Assembly (NCBI GenBank): GCA_964558645.1
Contig: CAZLEV010000024.1
Coordinates: forward strand, 1-39,522
Source of the DNA: an uncultured archaeon
GTDB taxonomy: Archaea > Asgardarchaeota > Thorarchaeia > Thorarchaeales > Thorarchaeaceae
Length of the DNA: 39,522 bases
Direction of reading: 5' to 3'
Part shown: positions 9,231 through 18,750 of the stretch, in pieces
How the letters are laid out: every line of letters begins with the position of its first letter
Numbering within the stretch: the stretch's first letter is position 1
The notes under the pieces: generated by a model
Seen by the model: the letters and a program-made list of their open reading frames with translations, nothing else
Told to the model about the DNA's origin: nothing
Database searches by the model: none
Translations under genes and position numbers: made by a program

Positions 9231-10406
9231 GTGCAACGCGACTCTGAACTCAACAAGATGGCTGTCAACAGCAGGCAGCAGTTGACTCGCGAGTTTGCAG
9301 AGAACTACACAGACCTGAAGATACGATCTGATAGAATCGACATTGAACAGGCCCGAAATCTTGCGACAGAGCTATCATGTCCTCTTCAAATCGCAATCAT
9401 TGCAGAGGTTCTCGATATGGAAGGCATTCTTGGGCGGAAAGAGGCTGTTCAGAGGATATCCAGAGAGCTTCAGAGGCGTGCAAGTGTGGGCGAGGATGTT
9501 CCTAATCTCCCAGGTAATATCATGGAGTTTGCCCTCAAAGAAGGGCAATGGGTTGAATACATCGAGGGGCGATTCGTTGGTGACTTAGAGCGAAAAACCC
9601 GCGACTTGGCCAATCTAGAAGAGGCATTAGACAAAGAGAAAATGACGGTAGAATCTGCCATCACCGTGTTGCGCAGTAGGAGACAACTGGCGGAGGCATA
9701 CATCCTTCCGATTCTCGAGACGTGGATGCGCGAGCATCCGAAGGCCAACACGTTTGATGCCATGTTGACCTTTTGTCTGCCGATTACAGACTGGGGTCCG
9801 AGTACTCTGAAGGGGAAGATAAACAGGAAGAAGCGAAGAATCCAGGCGTTCTTCAGGCTGCTGGTTCAGCGACTATCTGAAGCTGAAGATTCCGCCACAA
9901 TCGATTCTTATATCCAGCAAGTGAACGATTTAATGCAAGCTTTCGATTTAGATGTTGAAAGAATGGGGTTGCGCCCCCTCTCTCATTTAATTCTACATGT
10001 TGCACCTCGGCCCACGGGGAGAGGTGACAAGTCTCCCTATGTTCAATTCACCGGTCAATCATCCCGGGGAAACAAGACCGAGCCAGACATGGAATCCCCG
10101 TTTGACTTCTTGGAGAGAGACATCTACTTGGCGGCCAGGCGTCATGAGCGCGATCAGGACTCATTCTTGCGTGAGAAGATAGCTCGAGTAATCAGAGTAT
10201 TGAGATACAAGAACCATGAGATTGACAAGATTGTTCAAGACAGTCTTCACGAGATAGCTGAACGCTTCAAGATTGAGAATCTTGATTTTGAACGTCTGGC
10301 TGATATGTTCGAAGAGAATGTTTCAGTTGTTCCATTGGAGAACCGAGAGAACAGCGCAGCAGAGTTCATCCATGAGTTCATCAAAGAACACTGCTATAAC
10401 AGGTGA
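9231..10406 (+). CDS. Hypothetical alpha-helical protein
   Basis: 391-aa ORF with GAGAGGA SD-like motif; overlaps the next gene at GTGA. Confidence 0.75.
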   Translation: MQRDSELNKMAVNSRQQLTREFAENYTDLKIRSDRIDIEQARNLATELSCPLQIAIIAEVLDMEGILGRKEAVQRISRELQRRASVGEDVPNLPGNIMEFALKEGQWVEYIEGRFVGDLERKTRDLANLEEALDKEKMTVESAITVLRSRRQLAEAYILPILETWMREHPKANTFDAMLTFCLPITDWGPSTLKGKINRKKRRIQAFFRLLVQRLSEAEDSATIDSYIQQVNDLMQAFDLDVERMGLRPLSHLILHVAPRPTGRGDKSPYVQFTGQSSRGNKTEPDMESPFDFLERDIYLAARRHERDQDSFLREKIARVIRVLRYKNHEIDKIVQDSLHEIAERFKIENLDFERLADMFEENVSVVPLENRENSAAEFIHEFIKEHCYNR

Positions 10407-11185
10407 GTATGTTGATGCGAAGCAGCCCCCTTTATTGGTTGTTGGACGTGGAAACCTATGATTTTGATACAGGGGTTCTCAAGCACACAGACCTGACAGG
10501 CAAGGCTCTCATACTCTCCTCACAGTTATGGTCTCTGATTAGAGAGGACAAAGTGGTATCTGTCCTGATTGGTCCAGGCGTATTCAAGGGCGTTGCCGAA
10601 AGCGAAAACAGGCGTGTCGACATCTTGGAATTCATGGGCGCACTGATGTTTGACCCGACTGTTCTCCGAATGGAGGAGCCTGTTCCGCTTGTTGATGTAA
10701 TAAACCCCGAGGTCATCGATCCTCTTGCTATCAGAAACTCCGAGGACATCGTGACCATGGTCCGAGAGTTCTATGTCGAGAAGGGCAACGTGCTCAGCGG
10801 CGAACTCGAAATAAGAATTCAGCAGCGAGGCGGTCTTCCTACGGTGGCTCATGGTATCGATCTTCTAAAGAAGATCAGGGTCAATCACATATCGGGACAG
10901 CAGCGTGCGAAGTTCATTCTGGCGGGAACAAACAGCCCTCTCTACAAACCTTTCGTGCACCACTACAACAACCACGGGTTCATGAATGCAGAGAAGATGA
11001 AGGTATTTGCGCTGCCATTCGACAAGTTCACGAGCTTCGCGGATATCGAAGTCATGTCTGACTGGATGATTGTGGAGAAAGCCGGGATGGAATCTCAGTC
11101 AGGTATCGAAGCGATGAGGAATGAATATGACCTCACTCTTGAAGATGTGATGGAGAATGAGGATTCATTCATCTATCAGCTCTGA
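10403..11185 (+). CDS. Hypothetical protein, possibly a degenerate PIN-like fold
   Basis: Translationally coupled to the upstream gene. WLLDVET ... VLIGPGVF ... FILAGTNSPL loosely follows PIN strand spacing (weak). Confidence 0.65.
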   Translation: MSMLMRSSPLYWLLDVETYDFDTGVLKHTDLTGKALILSSQLWSLIREDKVVSVLIGPGVFKGVAESENRRVDILEFMGALMFDPTVLRMEEPVPLVDVINPEVIDPLAIRNSEDIVTMVREFYVEKGNVLSGELEIRIQQRGGLPTVAHGIDLLKKIRVNHISGQQRAKFILAGTNSPLYKPFVHHYNNHGFMNAEKMKVFALPFDKFTSFADIEVMSDWMIVEKAGMESQSGIEAMRNEYDLTLEDVMENEDSFIYQL

Positions 11186-11240
11186 TGATACCACAAGAGT
11201 CTTTGCCACTTGTTGTTGGAGAGCATCTGAGGACTGAGTA

Positions 11241-13883
11241 TTGGAAGTCGCTGACGCAGATGTCAAGAGAATACTTGCCAAGCCATACTCACTGGTGATA
11301 AGACAGAGCCGCCAAGAGATGGCGACTCGTATAGAAGTGTTCTCCGATGTCTTGCGCGACCGGCAGAGGTCGAAGCTATCGGGAATGGTCGAATGGGGCC
11401 ACCGTCAGGACGGCCTTCTCGAGATTCGTCGCTCATGGTTTGTGAAGTACAACAAGCCTGTATACTATCAACCGAAGGAGTTCCATGATATGCTGAGGAA
11501 CTCGAAGCACATTCTGATTCCTCGACAGGAGAAACCTCCCTTTGTGGATGACTTGGAGAGCTTCTTGGAGAGGATACAGGCTCCCAGTCCTCGAGTTGTT
11601 CCGTTCTGTATGAATTGCCTCAGAGCAGATAGACTCACGGTACTGACCCGCAGGAATGCAGTGAAGGTATCGAAGAATCAGGTCTTGTGCTCAACCTGTG
11701 CTCAGGCCGATCTGAAGACGGAGCTCAAGTCTCTTGGAATAAAGATGTCCCCGGGAATGATCCGTCAACTAGAACATCAGGTCTCCAGGGTGAAATCTGT
11801 GCCCCGACTGATAGAGATGTTGACTCCTGGTTTCGATCCTACCACAGAGCCCGATCTCACCCTTTTCGATGTCATCGAGGCCGGCGATATCGAGTCGACC
11901 ATGGATGTTGATGATCTTGCCATTCCTGATAAACTCAAGCATGTTCTTGGCAAGGCTGGTTTGAAGGGCCTGCTTCCCGTGCAAGAGCTGGCTGTGAAAG
12001 CAGGGCTTCTCGGTGGTGAAGATCTTCTGATAGTGTCTTCCACATCTTCAGGCAAGACGCTCCTTGGCGAGTTTGCTGGAGTTCCAAAGGCGATAGAGGG
12101 TAAGAAGATGATATACATGTCACCTCTGGTCGCGCTGACGAATGAGAAGTATGAGCAGTTCCGGAGAAGATACAGAGAGATTGGCCTCCGAACGGGCATC
12201 AAAGTAGGCATGTCACGTCTGGACGTGGGTAAAGAAGGTCGTCCGATCGTTGATACTGATTTGAGGAGGGCAGACCTCGTCTGTGCAACCTATGAGGCCC
12301 TCGACCTCATCTTCCGCTCGGGCAGTACTGAAGAACTCGGCAAGGTAGGAACGATAATCATCGACGAGATACAGAATCTCGCAGAACCAGAAAGGGGCCC
12401 CGAATTGGATGGGATAATATCCAGGATGAGGTTTCATGCTCCTGACGCCCAAGTCATTGCACTCTCCGCAACAGTTGGTTCTCCCGACAAACTTGCAGAA
12501 GAGCTCGAGATGGAACTTGTAAACTACACAGGAAGACCGATTCCACTTGAGCGTCATCTGGTATTCGCTAGAAATGAGGAAGAGAAGAGACATCTCATTC
12601 GACGGTTGGTGTTGAGCGAGTTTCATCATGTGAGCAGCAGCGGTAACAAAGGCCAGTCCATTGTTTTCACCTATTCTCGGCGCAGAGCTCATGCCCTAAC
12701 CGATTGGCTTCGAGAACATGGAGTATGGGCCACCGTCTACCATGGTGGACTATCATACAACCGACGTCGGAGTGTTGAATCGCGTTATGCAAGACAGAAG
12801 TATGCCTGTGTGGTGACGACCGCTGCTCTGGGAGCAGGAGTTGATCTCCCTGCATCGCAGGTGGTTTTCGAGTCTCTCGCAATGGGTGCGAACTGGCTCT
12901 CGACAGCAGAATTTGAACAGATGCTGGGCCGTGCAGGTAGACTGGGCAAGCACGACAGAGGCAGGGTCTATCTCCTTGTTGAGCCCGATAGAAAATACCA
13001 CTCTGGTCAAGACCGAACAGAAGATGAGATCGCCGTAGATATCCTGAATGGTGTCATCGAAGATGTTGAGCCGTTTGCAGACACAGAGCAGTCGGCAGAG
13101 CAAATACTCGCAACAATCTGCGGCACCGGCCTCGTCAATCTGAAGGATGTTGCAAGAGTCTACCTCAAGATGCTCTCAACCTCGGTATCCCCCTCTGATG
13201 CACTCAAGTTCTTGCTGAAGCGTCGTATGATTCGTGTGAAAGGGGGCAGTGTCTATCCAACCGAATTGGGGCGAGCTACCTCTCTGTCGTTCTTGACCCC
13301 CACTGAGGGATTCGAGGTTCTGAAGCTCACCGCTGAGATGGATGTACTCGACATCGCTGTCAAGCTTGAACCCTTCGAGAACGTGTATTTGAGCTCTCGT
13401 CTGCAAGGTGAGATCAACACTGCTTTCAGGACGCACATGCCTACTCGACTATTCTCCGGAGTGTTTCTTGATTTGGGTGATTTATCTCAGAAACCCGGAG
13501 GAGCTGCACGGCTCCCTAAGTGGGTGTTCGAGCTTTTTTCGAAGTGGACTGACGCATTCTTCGGTTGTGGTTGCAAGCTCTTCCCTGAGTGCGACCACGG
13601 AAAGATTGAGCTTGGAAAATGGCTCATAAAGAGAAGAAAGGAGGGTCTGAATCCCTCGGGACTGTCCCAAGAGATGCTAAAGAAGTTCGAGCTGTGGGCA
13701 TATCCTGGGGATATCTATTCGTGGCTGGATTCTGTCATTCATAACCTCAAAGCCGTGCAGAGGATTGCAGCCGTTGCAGGTAAGACCGACCTTGGAGAGG
13801 AGATAGAGGGGCAGATAGCAAAGATTGAGCGCCCCCTTGAGGGCATAGAGAAAGAGGCCAGAGAAAGGACCTCAGAGGACTAG
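11241..13883 (+). CDS. Archaeal Ski2-like SF2 helicase (DUF5814 / ASH-Ski2 type)
   Basis: Q motif LLPVQ, SSTSSGKTL, IIIDEIQ, LSAT, YHGGL, TTAALGAGVDLPA, QMLGRAGR; N-terminal CxxC pair; C-terminal CGC..PECDH and AYPGDIYSWL. Confidence 0.92.
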   Translation: MEVADADVKRILAKPYSLVIRQSRQEMATRIEVFSDVLRDRQRSKLSGMVEWGHRQDGLLEIRRSWFVKYNKPVYYQPKEFHDMLRNSKHILIPRQEKPPFVDDLESFLERIQAPSPRVVPFCMNCLRADRLTVLTRRNAVKVSKNQVLCSTCAQADLKTELKSLGIKMSPGMIRQLEHQVSRVKSVPRLIEMLTPGFDPTTEPDLTLFDVIEAGDIESTMDVDDLAIPDKLKHVLGKAGLKGLLPVQELAVKAGLLGGEDLLIVSSTSSGKTLLGEFAGVPKAIEGKKMIYMSPLVALTNEKYEQFRRRYREIGLRTGIKVGMSRLDVGKEGRPIVDTDLRRADLVCATYEALDLIFRSGSTEELGKVGTIIIDEIQNLAEPERGPELDGIISRMRFHAPDAQVIALSATVGSPDKLAEELEMELVNYTGRPIPLERHLVFARNEEEKRHLIRRLVLSEFHHVSSSGNKGQSIVFTYSRRRAHALTDWLREHGVWATVYHGGLSYNRRRSVESRYARQKYACVVTTAALGAGVDLPASQVVFESLAMGANWLSTAEFEQMLGRAGRLGKHDRGRVYLLVEPDRKYHSGQDRTEDEIAVDILNGVIEDVEPFADTEQSAEQILATICGTGLVNLKDVARVYLKMLSTSVSPSDALKFLLKRRMIRVKGGSVYPTELGRATSLSFLTPTEGFEVLKLTAEMDVLDIAVKLEPFENVYLSSRLQGEINTAFRTHMPTRLFSGVFLDLGDLSQKPGGAARLPKWVFELFSKWTDAFFGCGCKLFPECDHGKIELGKWLIKRRKEGLNPSGLSQEMLKKFELWAYPGDIYSWLDSVIHNLKAVQRIAAVAGKTDLGEEIEGQIAKIERPLEGIEKEARERTSED

Positions 13884-14146
13884 CCCTGCAGGCCGGCCTT
13901 CCCTTCATCAAACTCGAATCGGACTCTCATATTGTGCAGGCTTTCGACATCCATCGAGTCGATATTCAAGTCGAGCCAGAGGTGTAGGTCTCTGCGTAAC
14001 GCTTCTTTCGGAGATACTGCTTCTCCGGTCACGAAGGGCTTCTCTGACATTAGTTCGAAGTGAGCACAACCGCATTCACAGGTACCGTCGAGTACCATGT
14101 CAATGTCGCTGGAGGTCTTACCACAGTTCCGACACTTGAATATCAT
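13880..14146 (-). CDS. Zn-ribbon protein (DUF2072 / OapC-like N-terminus)
   Basis: FKCRNCG...LDGTCECGCAHF pattern. Confidence 0.65.
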   Translation of the reverse strand: MIFKCRNCGKTSSDIDMVLDGTCECGCAHFELMSEKPFVTGEAVSPKEALRRDLHLWLDLNIDSMDVESLHNMRVRFEFDEGKAGLQG

Positions 14147-14273
14147 GATTTCATATCCTCATACTTCTTGATACGAATTCACTCTATTAGGATTGGTAAT
14201 CTGCTTGTAATACTCGCTCAAGGCTAAGTTTATGTATCACACAAGCTGGATTTGACCCACAGGGGCGAGCAAG

Positions 14274-14534
14274 ATGGGAAGAACCTGTCCATTGTGCAGA
14301 GAGAAGCCCAAGATACGGTGCGATAAGTGTGGCAATGAGTTCTGTATGGACCACTCCATCAGGTGTGAGGGATGTGGAACTGTTACTTGCATCCGCGACT
14401 TGGGGAGGAAGGTGAAATGTCCGGTCTGTGGAAAGCCATTTGTGATCTGTCCCGAGTGTCTTGTCAATGGTCGAATTGTTCGTCTGATACCTGAGGGTAT
14501 GATTTGTGCCGAATGTGGCTGGAGTTACAAGTAG
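14274..14534 (+). CDS. Cys-rich multi zinc-finger protein
   Basis: CPLC, CDKC..FCMDH, CEGC..TC, CPVC, CPEC and CAEC in 86 aa; TTTATG promoter-like box at ~14229. Confidence 0.75.
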   Translation: MGRTCPLCREKPKIRCDKCGNEFCMDHSIRCEGCGTVTCIRDLGRKVKCPVCGKPFVICPECLVNGRIVRLIPEGMICAECGWSYK

Positions 14535-14776
14535 TATAGGAGCAGCCAGACCACCAGACACAGAGCGATGGCCAGAATAGCGATTACTCTACCCTTGGAG
14601 CCAAAGCCCCAAACTATAGGGATTGGCCCTATCAGGATAATGCCTCTGCTCTTGGTCTTCTGTTTGTTGCTTCCTTCGGCCTCGCGTGTCCTCAGAAAGA
14701 GTCCTAACACTATGAGGAGTAGTCCCGCTACTAGGATGAGGATTCCAATGATGGCGAGGGGATCAGCAGTCTGCAT
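14525..14776 (-). CDS. DUF131 / TIGR00304 family membrane protein
   Basis: GIILIGPIPIVWG signature; ATG 14776 directly follows the upstream stop. Confidence 0.85.
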   Translation of the reverse strand: MQTADPLAIIGILILVAGLLLIVLGLFLRTREAEGSNKQKTKSRGIILIGPIPIVWGFGSKGRVIAILAIALCLVVWLLLYYL

Positions 14777-14777
14777 G

Positions 14778-15347
14778 CTAGTCACCCACGATGCTTCTTG
14801 TATCGAGAACCTTCTCGGGAAACTCAAAGACCATCTTTTCGTATCCTCCGACTTTGTCGCCCTCAAGAGCCCATAGGACTATGAAATCGCTATAGATCTC
14901 ATACTCGAGTTCCGTATCTATCTTCTCGATCTTCGTGCCTGCAGGGAACCTCCAGATGATTTCGAAGTCATATGGGGCGGTCTCTCGCTCGAGCCATGTT
15001 TCAATGATGTTCTTTGTGGGTGCAAATCTGCCAGCAAAATCGATCAGGTACAGAACGGCCACGAAGTTGGTGACTCCCTTCATGACGATGTCCGTGTAAC
15101 GAACGATGGACTTGACTTCCTCTCCATTGAACTCAACTCTCTCTTGGTCAAGATAGTACTGAAGATTTGTGCTGAGTTTCCCAATTTCCTCGCCGAAGGC
15201 CTCGTTATCTTTCAGGAGGTCCGCATAGTAGCCGTCATAGTCACGGTATTCGAAGTAGAGCCTTTCATGAACCTCTCCTGAACGTGCGACAGAAAAGAAG
15301 GACTCTGCATGAACTGGTTCAACATCTGCTAGTTCGAATTCTACCAT
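14778..15347 (-). CDS. Hypothetical acidic beta-sandwich-like protein
   Basis: ATG 15347 lies 5 nt after the MBL-gene stop, with GGAGTG upstream; operon context. Confidence 0.75.
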   Translation of the reverse strand: MVEFELADVEPVHAESFFSVARSGEVHERLYFEYRDYDGYYADLLKDNEAFGEEIGKLSTNLQYYLDQERVEFNGEEVKSIVRYTDIVMKGVTNFVAVLYLIDFAGRFAPTKNIIETWLERETAPYDFEIIWRFPAGTKIEKIDTELEYEIYSDFIVLWALEGDKVGGYEKMVFEFPEKVLDTRSIVGD

Positions 15348-15352
15348 ATCGT

Positions 15353-16357
15353 TCACTCCAAGGGGACTGCGTTGATTCCCTCGTTTGAGAGATGTTTCGC
15401 TAGCGAACTGGCATTGGCGGTGAAGCAATATGCGATTTTCGGGTCCACCTCTTTGGCGAAATCAATGAGGCCCGGAAAATCCGCATGAGCGCTAAGAGGA
15501 AATCCTTGTCGTCCCATTTCAGTTAGTGTCCAGCCTGAGAGATCGAACTCCACGATTCTGGTCTCAAGATCTCGCGTTATCATGCTACCCAATAGTTTCA
15601 CGAGTTGTCTTCTCATATGGCCTGGCGAAGACGATATAATGACAACGTCCTCCTCTACCAGTCTCCGTACCGTTTCTCGATTCGTGGGGATGTAGTCGAG
15701 TCTACATCCATGCTTTCTATATGCCATGGAAACAGAATCTATCGCACTATTCCCTGTCATGACTGTGAAGCCCTCTCTCTGGAGTAGTCCAATGGCTTCT
15801 TGTGCCTTTCCCAGGGAGTAGGCTTTGAATAGAGGAACTCTACCTTCAGAAAAGACTTCTTCTGCCTTGGCCAGTACTTGAGAGTGAGTCAGTTCTCTCT
15901 CCGGAAATACCCATTCCGGCGTTCCGTATGTTGATTCCATTACCAAGACGTCGGCATCTACAGCTGATGCCGCCTTGTGGACGATGCTGTCTACGTTGTT
16001 AAAATCGCCAGTGTACAGAAGTCTCATGTCATCATTGAACTCGATCAGGAACATCGCAGACCCTAACACATGACCAGCATCGATGGGAGTGATCAATACC
16101 TCCTCATGGAACATTGTCTTGTCGTATTCTCCCACCGTGTACTTCCACTTAACACGTCCTCCTCGAGCTCTGAACACATCCAGTGTTCCCTGCGTTGTTA
16201 TAACCTCGCGAGCCAACTTTATCCGACCTAGATGGTCGAAGTGAGCATGTGACAAGAGTGTAGTGAGATCGGGATGTCCAACATCAAGACCTAGGCTGGC
16301 ATCTCCATATTCTATGAAGACACCAGTTCCTTCCTTGACAACGCTGAGACCCGACAA
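15353..16357 (-). CDS. MBL-fold beta-CASP nuclease (COG1236-like)
   Basis: SHAHFDH, AGHVLGS, YTGDF, ESTYG, YSLGKAQE, SAHAD. Confidence 0.9.
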   Translation of the reverse strand: MSGLSVVKEGTGVFIEYGDASLGLDVGHPDLTTLLSHAHFDHLGRIKLAREVITTQGTLDVFRARGGRVKWKYTVGEYDKTMFHEEVLITPIDAGHVLGSAMFLIEFNDDMRLLYTGDFNNVDSIVHKAASAVDADVLVMESTYGTPEWVFPERELTHSQVLAKAEEVFSEGRVPLFKAYSLGKAQEAIGLLQREGFTVMTGNSAIDSVSMAYRKHGCRLDYIPTNRETVRRLVEEDVVIISSSPGHMRRQLVKLLGSMITRDLETRIVEFDLSGWTLTEMGRQGFPLSAHADFPGLIDFAKEVDPKIAYCFTANASSLAKHLSNEGINAVPLE

Positions 16358-16424
16358 GACGTTTCAAGCTAGGAGTTTTCGAGGCTCTGAAAAGGGTTTC
16401 TGAAATTGTCAGATTGTGGTACTC

Positions 16425-17333
16425 TTACAGTCTTCTTCTCATCAAGCTATGCTTTGTTATAAGGGCATCCGCGGATAGCATCTTCTCAAGAACAGCAATC
16501 ACTGGATTGTCGTGTTGTGCAAGGAGCCGAATATCAATCCACTGGGCCCCTCGCTTGGCAGCCTCGTATCCGATGGCGGATGCAAGAGTCGAGGGATCTA
16601 CTACATTAGAATCATAGCCGATAACGGGGATAACCAGCCGTTTCCCGTACTCCATAAATCCAAGAACCGCAGCCACACCCGCTGAACGATAGACAAACAG
16701 GCTACCAGTCGAAGCCAATTGGAGAATACTCAACCAGGTGTGAGAACAATCAGTCATTGTCTTGTCTATCTGCTTCCACACAAAACTCCTTACATCCTCT
16801 GTGAACCCGCTTCTCTCGATCTTTTGCTGCCTACAGTCTGGACCTATGCTGCCTTCAAACCTAGCCGAAAACAGGGTCCCTATATCTTCAAAGCCAACCT
16901 CTCTCAGTACGTCATACAGCCCTCGATTGAGGTATGTGTTCTTAGGGAACGGGAGTAGCCGTTCTGATTCGTTGCTGATGACTGCGTCTACATCTCTGAT
17001 TGCGGCTGTTCTGAAGAATGGTAAGGACGCCTTTATCGTGCTTACCAAGAGATTCTGCACATGTTCCTGCTCCATCCGGACGCTAATGAGTGCCAGACCC
17101 AATCTGTTCCTGTCTCTGAATAAAGCTGTTCCGCCTATTGGCTCTTGATCGAGAACTGTCATATAGAGCAGAATATCATCTGTCATATCCAGCAGATGCT
17201 TGAAGGACTGCCTGTCGGTTGTGATTTGTCCGTCGGGAAGAAGCTCTGGTATATCGAGCCAAGAATCAATATCCGACCGGCCGATTCTCTTGATGAAGAC
17301 TGTGTCCCGTTTATTCATGAGACGTCCTTCCAC
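16425..17333 (-). CDS. Hypothetical protein, probable tandem GNAT-like fold
   Basis: 302-aa ORF; PIGGTAL...LISVRM and LREVGF resemble GNAT elements; starts immediately after the mer-remnant stop. Confidence 0.6.
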   Translation of the reverse strand: MEGRLMNKRDTVFIKRIGRSDIDSWLDIPELLPDGQITTDRQSFKHLLDMTDDILLYMTVLDQEPIGGTALFRDRNRLGLALISVRMEQEHVQNLLVSTIKASLPFFRTAAIRDVDAVISNESERLLPFPKNTYLNRGLYDVLREVGFEDIGTLFSARFEGSIGPDCRQQKIERSGFTEDVRSFVWKQIDKTMTDCSHTWLSILQLASTGSLFVYRSAGVAAVLGFMEYGKRLVIPVIGYDSNVVDPSTLASAIGYEAAKRGAQWIDIRLLAQHDNPVIAVLEKMLSADALITKHSLMRRRL

Positions 17334-17555
17334 TCATTCTTTGAAGTGAGGAATCATCTATTCACCGATCATCTTGATTGCATTTATCTTGTCTGGACCA
17401 AGAGGAGAACCTGTGACAAAATGTGCTACCCGGTCTCCATTAGTTCCTCTATGCGTTGAATGCAGCACTCGGGATTTCCTACAAAGGCAAAAGCCTCAAT
17501 CATCCGTGCAAATCGAAGCTCTTATTGCATCCGCAGCTTTAATACTGAAACCGTG
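17334..17555 (-). pseudogene. mer: Decayed 3' remnant of F420-dependent methylene-H4MPT reductase (Mer / LLM family)
   Basis: Manual translation: HGFSIKAADAIRASI.. / MIEAFAFVGNPECCIQRIEELMETG / VAHFVTGSPLGPDKINAIKMIGE*MIPHFKE*. This matches the Mer C-terminus as I recall it (HG...MIEAF.I.GTP.EC...IEEL...GV..IV.GSP.GPD...AI.LIG...IP.F). Frameshift at ~17430, in-frame TAG at 17358-17360, internal deletion near 17505. Confidence 0.8.
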
Positions 17556-17753
17556 AGGGCTAGAACTTGTCGCTCAGAGAGAGAGTATTGCTAGATCGTC
17601 ATCCCAAAGAATCAGAACCAAATCGGTATAGATCCTTCATAGTTGAACCCTCGGGGACAATACTGCACGGGAGGGCGTTCAGTCTAGCTGTTGGTCTCTT
17701 GAGCTGTTGCACTCGTGCTCAGGTCTATTCAACCGCCAACGAAGGATGATCCA

Positions 17754-18743
17754 ATGAAGTCGCTTGTATTAACAAATGATGGTCTGCAGCTCGCTGACAC
17801 TCCGATTCCCCCAGTCATGCCAGGTGAGGTCAGGATAGAGGTTCGTTCTGTGGGAATCTGCAATACTGACATCTCTATGTGGAATGGTGACCTCGATGCA
17901 CCACTACCACTGGTTCTGGGTCATGAGATAGGGGGGGTGGTTCACGAGAGTAGTATGCCCGACCTGCTTCCGGGAACGCCTGTCACCACCGAGATTGACA
18001 TCAGCTGCGGGAGATGCTGGTACTGCAAACGGAACATGAAGCATCTCTGCCTGGAACGACAAACCATCGGCATGACTGTGGATGGCGGTCTCTCGGAGTT
18101 CGTGAGTGTACCTGTCGACTTGGTTCACATCCTGCCTGAAGATGTTGATACCACAACTGCAACCTTTGTGGAACCTCTGGCATCAGCTATTGAAACATGG
18201 AACAGATCTCCTGTGAGTGATGGTGAGCCGATTGCGGTTCTTGGCACGGGGAAGATAGGCATTCTTGTGGCCCAGGTCTATGATGCATTCGGGGCTGAGG
18301 TACACCTCATCGGTCGCAATAAGTTTCAGCTGGGGTTGGCTCGACAACTAGGCCTGCTGAACACAATTAACACAAGCAGAACCGATTGGCGGGAGGAGAT
18401 TCTGAAGAAGACTAAGAGTATTGGGCCCCGCGTCGTCGTTGAGGCCACAGGCTCTCCCGAGGGTTTGGACATGGCTCTCTCTGTTGTGAGAAGCCGCGGC
18501 ACAATTGCTATCAAGAGCATGCATGGGCAGGATGTCCCGCTCGACACCACCGATGTAGTGAACCGTGAGATAGAGATTGTTGGCACAAGCAGAGGCCCTT
18601 TCGATGCCGCTATTGACATGTTGGCGAAGGGACGCATTGAAGTGAAGCGACTTATCAGTAGAGAGTTTCGACTGGAGCACGGTGCAAAAGCGTACGAATA
18701 CGCATCACAGGAAAATGTTTCGAAAGTTATCATCAATATCTGA
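17754..18743 (+). CDS. Zinc-dependent medium-chain alcohol dehydrogenase (MDR)
   Basis: GICNTD, LGHE, structural Zn CGRCWYC..C, EPLA, GTGKIG, EATGS. Confidence 0.93.
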   Translation: MKSLVLTNDGLQLADTPIPPVMPGEVRIEVRSVGICNTDISMWNGDLDAPLPLVLGHEIGGVVHESSMPDLLPGTPVTTEIDISCGRCWYCKRNMKHLCLERQTIGMTVDGGLSEFVSVPVDLVHILPEDVDTTTATFVEPLASAIETWNRSPVSDGEPIAVLGTGKIGILVAQVYDAFGAEVHLIGRNKFQLGLARQLGLLNTINTSRTDWREEILKKTKSIGPRVVVEATGSPEGLDMALSVVRSRGTIAIKSMHGQDVPLDTTDVVNREIEIVGTSRGPFDAAIDMLAKGRIEVKRLISREFRLEHGAKAYEYASQENVSKVIINI

Positions 18744-18750
18744 GGTCTAA

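Noticed and set aside
17145-17749. Short plus-strand ORFs 17145..17459, 17374..17556 and 17567..17749
   Set aside because: Shadow frames antisense to the GNAT-like gene and mer remnant, or lying in the promoter gap before the ADH gene; no motifs.
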